Shown: piece after piece, positions 5,707-11,329 of the stretch
How the letters are laid out: the number at the start of each line of letters is the position of its first letter
Position numbering within the stretch: position 1 is the first letter of the stretch
IMG/VR virus record: IMGVR_UViG_3300045988_034679
Coordinates: 1 to 12,968 of that record
Source: a virus
Length of the DNA: 12,968 nt
Reading direction: 5' to 3' (one strand)
The notes under the pieces: model-generated
The model's database searches: none
Seen by the model: the letters and a program-made list of their open reading frames with translations, nothing else
What the model was told of the DNA's origin: nothing
Made by a program: the position numbers and the translations under genes

Positions 5707-5779
5707 GGAGGGAGGGCCGCACAATGTCAGCCCCGGAAGGGCGTGCGTGAGTTTGACAGACTCCTGATGCCCTCCCTCC
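5707..5779 (+). other. Predicted structured RNA at the 5' end of the late transcript: an 11-bp terminal helix closing a three-way junction
   Basis: GGAGGGAGGGC (5707-5717) pairs perfectly with GCCCTCCCTCC (5769-5779). Inner helix CGCAC/GTGCG (5718-5722/5743-5747) encloses the hairpin GCCC-cggaa-GGGC (5730-5742). A second small hairpin is GAGT-ttgacag-ACTC (5749-5763). The 5' arm starts at about the predicted +1 of the 5672-5701 promoter. Confidence 0.45.
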
Positions 5780-5803
5780 CAACAAAATAATCGAGGTGAC
5801 AGT

Positions 5804-6166
5804 ATGCGAGTCTATGTAATTGGCGTGGCAGTCTTTATTGTGGTGGACATCCTGTCCGGCCTGTTGAACGCGCTGTATAACAAAGAGTTCAAGTCTAGTG
5901 TGATGCGCAACGGGCTGTTCCACAAGGCGGGCGAATTTTTGGTCTTGGCCCTGCTGTATCTGGTGGAGATCGAGTCGGCGGCCATGGGCTTGGATGCGGG
6001 CCTGCCACTGTTTAAGACCGGCTGCGGCTATGTGGTGCTGATGGAGATCGGAAGCATCATCGAAAATTTGAAAGTGTTTACGCCAGGTATCGACAACATC
6101 ATCCGAAAGGAGACAGCAACCAATGGCAAAGAAAATTTTTCTGAGTCCCAGCGATCAGACGAGTAA
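5804..6166 (+). CDS. Holin (phage_holin_4_1 / TcdE-like family), 120 aa, three predicted TM segments
   Basis: GAGGTG RBS at 5793-5798. The hydrophobic segments are VYVIGVAVFIVVDILSGLLNALY, EFLVLALLYLVEI and GCGYVVLMEIGSIIENL. The VDxxSG...K...S...G...HK and E-x-x-S-I-x-EN motifs are typical of that holin family. It lies immediately upstream of the endolysin and overlaps it. Confidence 0.8.
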   Translation: MRVYVIGVAVFIVVDILSGLLNALYNKEFKSSVMRNGLFHKAGEFLVLALLYLVEIESAAMGLDAGLPLFKTGCGYVVLMEIGSIIENLKVFTPGIDNIIRKETATNGKENFSESQRSDE

Positions 6167-6794
6167 CCGGTACGCCTACGGCAACACCTCCGAGGCGATC
6201 CAGTGCGGCAAAATTGCGGTGGCACTGGAGGAGTCGCTGACACGCTGCGGCTTTGCGGTACGGCTTGTGCATTATCAGGATATGGCCACAAAATGTGCAA
6301 ATGCCGATGCATGGGGAGCAGACCTTTACATCCCTATCCACACCAATGCCTGCAACGGCGAGGTGTCCGGCACACGCATCTATACCTATGACAACACCGG
6401 AGAGGGCCGTAAGGCCGGACTGTGTGTCTATCACAATCTGGCGCCGCTGACACCGGGAAAGTCTGACAATATCAGCGCAGACGCCAGCCTGTACGAAATT
6501 CGCAAACCGGCGGCGCCGACCGTTTACTGTGAATGCGAGTTTCACGACGTCCCCGAGACGGCCCGCTGGATCATCACCCATACTAAAACTATCGCTGAAG
6601 CAATCTGCAAGGGCGTGTGCGAATATTTCGAGACCCCCTACAAGGCCCCGGACGAAGCGCCCAAAACCGAAACACTGTATCATGTACAAGTCGGAGCGTT
6701 CCGGGATCGGAAGAACGCCGAAAAAATGTTGGAATCCGTGAAATCACACGGATTTAAGGCTTTTATTAAGGAGGAAAAGCATGAAAGCAACTGA
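6123..6794 (+). CDS. Endolysin: N-acetylmuramoyl-L-alanine amidase (Amidase_3/MurNAc-LAA-like) with a C-terminal SPOR domain, 223 aa
   Basis: The N-terminal IFLSPSDQTSNRY...E...ADLYIPIHTNA...CEFHD pattern matches amidase_3-type zinc amidases. The C-terminal YHVQVGAFRDRKNAEKMLESVKSHGFKAFIKE (nt about 6675-6779) is a typical SPOR repeat. The start overlaps the holin 3' end by 44 nt. Confidence 0.75.
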   Translation: MAKKIFLSPSDQTSNRYAYGNTSEAIQCGKIAVALEESLTRCGFAVRLVHYQDMATKCANADAWGADLYIPIHTNACNGEVSGTRIYTYDNTGEGRKAGLCVYHNLAPLTPGKSDNISADASLYEIRKPAAPTVYCECEFHDVPETARWIITHTKTIAEAICKGVCEYFETPYKAPDEAPKTETLYHVQVGAFRDRKNAEKMLESVKSHGFKAFIKEEKHESN

Positions 6795-7125
6795 TATTAT
6801 CGCATTGGCAACTGCTGGCTACACGGCGGAGCAGATTGCCGTCATCGCAAAGGCTGCCAAGGAGCAGCCGGTACAGCAGCCGGTACAGCAGCCGGTACAG
6901 CAGCCGGTACAGCAGCCGGTACAGCAGCCGGTACAGCAGCCGGTACAGCAGCCGGTACAGCAGCCGGACGGTTATGCGGATCTGATGGGCAGGCTTGACG
7001 CACTGACCACACAGATCCAGCAAAGCGCTATCCAGCATAGCGCACAGCCCCCTGAGGATACGGCCGATGATATCTTGGCAAATATCATTGACCCGCCCGA
7101 ATTTCACCCGACAAACAGTAAATAA
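6781..7125 (+). CDS. Scaffolding protein candidate (114 aa) containing a perfect (PVQQ)x8 repeat
   Basis: AAGGAGG RBS at 6768-6774. It lies directly upstream of the capsid gene and has a size and position comparable to phi29 gp7. Helical N- and C-terminal parts are joined by the Q/P-rich repeat. The function is inferred from synteny only. Confidence 0.5.
   Translation: MKATDIIALATAGYTAEQIAVIAKAAKEQPVQQPVQQPVQQPVQQPVQQPVQQPVQQPVQQPDGYADLMGRLDALTTQIQQSAIQHSAQPPEDTADDILANIIDPPEFHPTNSK
6865..6967 (+). repeat. Perfect 12-bp tandem repeat CAGCCGGTACAG x8 plus a partial ninth copy (cagccgg)
   Basis: Read directly: copies start at 6865, 6877 and so on to 6949, and the partial copy is at 6961-6967. 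The repeat is in frame and encodes QPVQ units. Confidence 0.97.
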
Positions 7126-7137
7126 GGAGGTATAATT

Positions 7138-8352
7138 ATGGCTGGTGAAATGACTTTCAAACAGGCCGCCACGCTGCTGAACAGCATCCAGCAGCAGGCA
7201 ACCGGTCAGGCGGCATTGGTCGCAACTGACATCCACAGCTTTATCAGCTGCGCAACCACCACGTTGGCCACGGGCTATGATCCCGTGATCAACGCTATCA
7301 ATCAGGTGCTGACACGCACCATCTTTTCCACACGGCCCTATTCCCGCAAGTTTAAGGGGCTGGAAAAAACGGAATCCCAGTGGGGCAACCATGTCCGCAA
7401 GCTGTCCATTGCGGACAAGCCCGTCAGCGATGACGATCGCCACAAGTGGCCGGTGGCATATGATGCTACCCAGACCTCCAATCCGCTGGGCAACGGCCAG
7501 AGCGTAGACCAGGATGTCATCAACAAGCCGGAGATCCTGCAGACCAATTTCTACGGGGCCAATGTGTGGGAGGACTGGTATACGATCTTTAAGGATCAGC
7601 TTGACAATGCTTTTACCGGCCCCGATCAGCTGGGAAGCTTTATGGGCATGGTGGCGGGGAATATGTCCGATAAGCTGGAAAACATCCGGGAAAATATTTC
7701 CCGCGCTGCTCTGGCCAACTTTATCGGCGGCGTGGTCAACGAGGCGCAGGACGGCCGTGTCGTGCATCTGCTGACGGAGTACGAAGCGGCGACCGGCCTG
7801 AAGTTTAATACGCCGCAGGAAGTGTATCAGCCTGCCAACTTCAAAGCGTTCATCCAGTGGGCTTATGCCAGAATCGCCCAGATCTCTGACATGATGACGG
7901 AGCGGACGGAGTTGTTCCAGACGGTGGTCAATGGCAAGCACGTCATCCGGCACACACCAAAGGCCATGCAGCGGGCTTTCTTGTACGCTCCGGCTCGCCA
8001 TCAGATGAACATGATGGCCATCGCAGACACCTACCACGACGGCCTGCTGACCATGCCGGAGACGGAGACCGTCAACTTCTGGCAGTCGGCAGAGACACCC
8101 GACTCCATCAATATGAAGGTGGCCCGCATCGGCACCAATGGGGCCGTGACTGTGTCCACAGAGGCCATTGAACAGGCAGGGATCTTCGGCGTCATCATCG
8201 ACACCGAGGCCGTCGGCGTGGCCAACACCCAGAGCTGGAGCAATCCGTCTCCGTTCAACGCCAGAGGCGGCTATACCAACATCTGGATGCATGAAACGCA
8301 GCGCATCTACAACGACCACACGGAAAAGGGCGTTGTGCTGCTGCTTGACTAA
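7138..8352 (+). CDS. Major capsid protein (404 aa)
   Basis: It has the strongest RBS in the genome (AAGGAGG at 7124-7130). Its position is scaffold-capsid-tail as in phi29, and it is followed by a stable hairpin. There is loose resemblance to the N-terminal region of phi29 gp8 (..R....S.....KFKG...). The assignment rests mainly on synteny and size. Confidence 0.7.
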   Translation: MAGEMTFKQAATLLNSIQQQATGQAALVATDIHSFISCATTTLATGYDPVINAINQVLTRTIFSTRPYSRKFKGLEKTESQWGNHVRKLSIADKPVSDDDRHKWPVAYDATQTSNPLGNGQSVDQDVINKPEILQTNFYGANVWEDWYTIFKDQLDNAFTGPDQLGSFMGMVAGNMSDKLENIRENISRAALANFIGGVVNEAQDGRVVHLLTEYEAATGLKFNTPQEVYQPANFKAFIQWAYARIAQISDMMTERTELFQTVVNGKHVIRHTPKAMQRAFLYAPARHQMNMMAIADTYHDGLLTMPETETVNFWQSAETPDSINMKVARIGTNGAVTVSTEAIEQAGIFGVIIDTEAVGVANTQSWSNPSPFNARGGYTNIWMHETQRIYNDHTEKGVVLLLD

Positions 8353-8359
8353 TGCGCAA

Positions 8360-8384
8360 GGCCGGGCGGCTAAGCCGCCCGGCC
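8360..8384 (+). terminator. GC-rich hairpin after the capsid gene (partial terminator, attenuator or mRNA 3' stabiliser)
   Basis: GGCCGGGCGGC-taa-GCCGCCCGGCC forms an 11-bp perfect stem starting 8 nt after the capsid stop. It is followed only by a short ATTT, so the U-tract is weak. Confidence 0.5.
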
Positions 8385-8418
8385 ATTTACGAAGGTGGTG
8401 ATACATTTGTTTCCTGTA

Positions 8419-9792
8419 ATGCTATGGAAATTTTCCAAGACGGAAAACAGCACAAAGAGACCTTCGGACAGCGACTCCACCATGGTGGACTGCGAGACCA
8501 ATAACGACTTTGACCTGCTGCATCCGGTATTTGTGTTTAGCTTCCGTGGCGGCAGCAGCAATCCCACGCAGTATAATTACTGCTATGTGGGAACTTTTAA
8601 GCGGTATTACTGGATCACTGGGTGGACTTTTAGCAATGGCCAGTGGGTCGCTGATTGCACCGTGGACACGCTTGCCAGCTGGAAGCCGGATATTGGAGCA
8701 CTAAACGCATATGTTCTCCGATCCGCCGCAGAGTGGGACGGCAACATCATTGACAATATGTATCCGGCAAAGACGACTATTAGCACGGAACTGTCTGCCG
8801 GGGAGAAAAGCCCGTGGAGTACAGACCCTGAAAAAGGCACCTTTGTTGTGGGCATCATTGGGGCTGGGGCCACACAATATATCATGTTCACCAAGTCCGC
8901 CTTAGATTTATTTCTGAAGTACATTTTGTCGGATGCGTACGCAGTTAAGGCAATGGGGATATTGGGGTTTGCGACAAATAGTGAATTAAAAGCGGTGCTT
9001 GACCCCCTGCAATACATTTCCAGTATTGTATGGCTTCCGTTCCAAAAAGTCGGGTCTATCATTGACACTGTCAGGGTTGGCTATGTGGACGTGCCAGTGG
9101 CCGCAAGTAGTGTAGATTCGGGAATCGGATACGCAGAAATTAACTGGAATTTGCGGCGTCATCCCATGGCGGCAAGCCGTGGAGCCTATATGAACGCATC
9201 TATGGCGCACTACGATATGTTTTATCCGCCATTTGGTGTCATATCTCTGGATCCCGTGGTGTGCGCTAATACGGATACTATACATACGTTAGCCTTGGTA
9301 GATCTTAAAACTGGGCACGGCACGTTGATAGTCCAAACCAAAGAAGATAGGATTGTATCCCGAATCAGTGGCCAAGTTGGGATGGCATATCAGATCGGGC
9401 AGGTGACGGCCCCCGGATATGGTTTGGGCGCACTTGTTACTGATGCAATAGGCGTCGGCATGGCAGCGATTACTGACAACTACACCGGAACGATCGCCGG
9501 AGGGCTGTCCGCCATAGGAAACGCTGCCAAGGGGCGCATTCCAAGTGCTAATACCGTGGGCGGTGCTGGAGGCGCTGATCAGCTTCGAGGGATCCCCGCA
9601 ATGCTGTACGAATGGGAGATCCCAGTCGACGAAGATTTGACAGACAGGGGCAGACCTTTGTGCCAAGTACGGCGCATCAATTCGCTGCATGGATATGTTC
9701 TTTGTAGCGATGTTGAAGTTGATATACCGGCAACACAAAATGAAATTAGCGCAATTAAAGCATTCATGGAGGGGGGCTTTTACTATGAGTGA
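8419..9792 (+). CDS. Tail knob / distal tail tube protein (phi29 gp9-like), 457 aa
   Basis: The N-terminal block YNYCYVGTFKRYYWITGWTFSNGQWVADCTVDTLASW parallels phi29 gp9 [42 protein letters not shown], as I recall that sequence. It lies between the capsid and connector genes as in phi29. The start is uncertain: ATG at 8419 (MLWKFSKTENSTKRP) or TTG at 8407, 8 nt after GAAGGTGG. Confidence 0.65.
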   Translation: MLWKFSKTENSTKRPSDSDSTMVDCETNNDFDLLHPVFVFSFRGGSSNPTQYNYCYVGTFKRYYWITGWTFSNGQWVADCTVDTLASWKPDIGALNAYVLRSAAEWDGNIIDNMYPAKTTISTELSAGEKSPWSTDPEKGTFVVGIIGAGATQYIMFTKSALDLFLKYILSDAYAVKAMGILGFATNSELKAVLDPLQYISSIVWLPFQKVGSIIDTVRVGYVDVPVAASSVDSGIGYAEINWNLRRHPMAASRGAYMNASMAHYDMFYPPFGVISLDPVVCANTDTIHTLALVDLKTGHGTLIVQTKEDRIVSRISGQVGMAYQIGQVTAPGYGLGALVTDAIGVGMAAITDNYTGTIAGGLSAIGNAAKGRIPSANTVGGAGGADQLRGIPAMLYEWEIPVDEDLTDRGRPLCQVRRINSLHGYVLCSDVEVDIPATQNEISAIKAFMEGGFYYE

Positions 9793-9889
9793 TGCTAATA
9801 GACAAAGTCCTGCGCCAGTGCTGTCTGGAAAATTGCCTGTGTGGCTGCTGGCATATATCAAAAAAAGAAAACGGAGGCGAAAACTATGA
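9785..9889 (+). CDS. Possible 34-aa micro-protein (MSDANRQSPAPVLSGKLPVWLLAYIKKRKRRRKL) bridging the tail-knob and connector genes
   Basis: ATG at 9785 lies 7 nt after GGAGGGGGG (9769-9777) and overlaps the tail-knob stop. Its own stop overlaps the connector start (ATGA at 9886-9889). It has a hydrophobic core and a poly-basic tail. It is very short, so coding status is uncertain. Confidence 0.3.
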   Translation: MSDANRQSPAPVLSGKLPVWLLAYIKKRKRRRKL

Positions 9890-10800
9890 CCGGCGCACCA
9901 TACTTCTACGACTATCAAAACGCAATCATTTCCCGGACCACGCCTAACACTGTCCATGTCAAAAATGTTGGGCTGACACGGTTTTTCCAGCGCTATCTGC
10001 TGCAAAAAGCCATCAGTGTGTTCAAGTGGGATATGCCCCGCACATGGAGTCGGGACTATTTCCTGTATACCCTGTACTGCTGGGGCTTCGTCGCCATCGT
10101 CAACACGGACAAATTCGGCGTTATCCCGCAGGGCTGCGGCCTAAAGGGCTATAATGTCTTTTACCAGCCCCGATCAGTGATTATCCAAAATCCCCTTATC
10201 AGGCGAACGCTGGAACCGGAAATTGGGCGGAACTGTGTACTGCTAAAGCTGCAGCCGGATTTTTGCGGCATCATGGACTTGGTCAGCTTTTATGCGCAGG
10301 AGATGGCGCTGGCCTCCGAGGCGGTGGACGTCAATCTGCTTAACAGTAAGCTGTCCTATGTGTTTACGGCTTCCAATAAAAACGCAGCGGAGAGCCTGAA
10401 AAAGCTGTATGACCGTATCGCCAGTGGCGAGCCTGCCGTGGTGGTGGACAAGGCGCTGTATAATGATGATGGTACCGTGTGTTGGGAGGCATTCCAACAA
10501 AATGTCGGACAGAACTACATCGTCAGTGATCTCCTGTCCGATCTCCGCAAAATCGAGGCAGAATTTGACACCAAGGTTGGAATCCCCAACGCCAACACAG
10601 ACAAAAAAGAGCGGCTGATCTCCGACGAGGTTAATGCCAACAATGTGGAAACACGGAATCTCCCGGAGCTGTGGCTGGAATCCCTCCGGCTTGGATGTGA
10701 GGAGGCCCGCAAGATGTTTGGTATCGACTTGTCCGTGGACTGGCGCAATGATCCCGAGCAGGCCGTGCAAACCGAGGAGGTGCCCGACGATGAGGAGTAA
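9886..10800 (+). CDS. Head-tail connector / portal (phi29 gp10 upper-collar type), 304 aa
   Basis: GGAGG RBS at 9873-9877. FFQRYLLQKAISVFKWDMP...GFVAIV parallels phi29 gp10 [21 protein letters not shown]...GYVGFY. GIPNANTDKKERLISDEVNANNVE parallels [24 protein letters not shown]. The tail is acidic and the size is nearly identical to gp10. Confidence 0.9.
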   Translation: MTGAPYFYDYQNAIISRTTPNTVHVKNVGLTRFFQRYLLQKAISVFKWDMPRTWSRDYFLYTLYCWGFVAIVNTDKFGVIPQGCGLKGYNVFYQPRSVIIQNPLIRRTLEPEIGRNCVLLKLQPDFCGIMDLVSFYAQEMALASEAVDVNLLNSKLSYVFTASNKNAAESLKKLYDRIASGEPAVVVDKALYNDDGTVCWEAFQQNVGQNYIVSDLLSDLRKIEAEFDTKVGIPNANTDKKERLISDEVNANNVETRNLPELWLESLRLGCEEARKMFGIDLSVDWRNDPEQAVQTEEVPDDEE

Positions 10801-11317
10801 GCTATCTGTACTGGGCATCTATAACTATGACGGCCAGATTTTCGACCGGCTGGAGCTGCCGGACGGCGTTGACAAGGATACCGTGGTCAACAGTATACTG
10901 CTGGAGTGTGCCGATCTGGAGGTGCTGTATCCGGTGCCGGTCGTGCTGCAAACGGCCATCGGCTTGTGGTCTAAATCCATGCTGCCCAGCTGGGAACGCC
11001 AGTATCGGGCCATCACAGCGGAATACGATCCGATTGAAAACTACAACCGGATGGAAGATTGGACGGACACGGCACACTCCGAGGGCGCAGGCAGCAGCGA
11101 GGTGGCGGGCTTCGACAGCGGCAAAATGACACCAAGAGACGGCAGCCAGAGCGCCGCAGATTCCAACAGCGACCACCACGGACGCATCCACGGCAACATC
11201 GGCGTGACCACCTCAACGGCCATGGTGCATGAGGAAGTCAACCTTCGGCGCAAGCTATCCATGGTGGACATCATCGTCAACGACTTCAAAAGCAGATTCA
11301 CTCTGTTGGTGTATTAA
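10790..11317 (+). CDS. Structural protein, lower-collar / head-tail adaptor candidate (175 aa)
   Basis: ATG at 10790 lies 9 nt after GAGGAGG (10774-10780) and overlaps the connector 3' end by 11 nt. It occupies the gp11 position (after the connector, before the appendage). A conserved-looking block is LPDGVDKDTVVNSILLECADLEVLYP...WS...W...YDPIENYNRMED. The function is inferred from position only. Confidence 0.4.
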   Translation: MRSKLSVLGIYNYDGQIFDRLELPDGVDKDTVVNSILLECADLEVLYPVPVVLQTAIGLWSKSMLPSWERQYRAITAEYDPIENYNRMEDWTDTAHSEGAGSSEVAGFDSGKMTPRDGSQSAADSNSDHHGRIHGNIGVTTSTAMVHEEVNLRRKLSMVDIIVNDFKSRFTLLVY

Positions 11318-11329
11318 GGAGGTAACACA

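Noticed and set aside
5724-5750. 8-codon micro-ORF (MSAPEGRA) inside the late leader as a leader peptide
   Set aside because: It is too short to support from sequence alone. Its SD is sequestered in the predicted 11-bp helix. It is mentioned only as part of the structured-leader finding.
6865-6967. Tandem repeats (the 12-bp array here and the 11-bp arrays at 91-134 and 12835-12878) as CRISPR arrays
   Set aside because: The units are directly abutting with no spacers and are far shorter than CRISPR repeats. One array is in-frame coding sequence and the others are part of the ITR.
6766-8406. The longest minus-strand ORF in the track (546 aa), containing an LLYR repeat
   Set aside because: It is entirely antisense to the well-supported scaffold and capsid genes. 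Its repeat is just the reverse translation of the 12-bp tandem repeat. It has no RBS and a low-complexity, Arg/Leu/Gly/His-rich composition typical of antisense frames in GC-rich DNA.
9860-9866. A7 run as a programmed frameshift or transcriptional slippage site
   Set aside because: No extended alternative frame exists downstream that would create a fusion product. The run simply encodes Lys codons in the putative micro-ORF just before the connector RBS.
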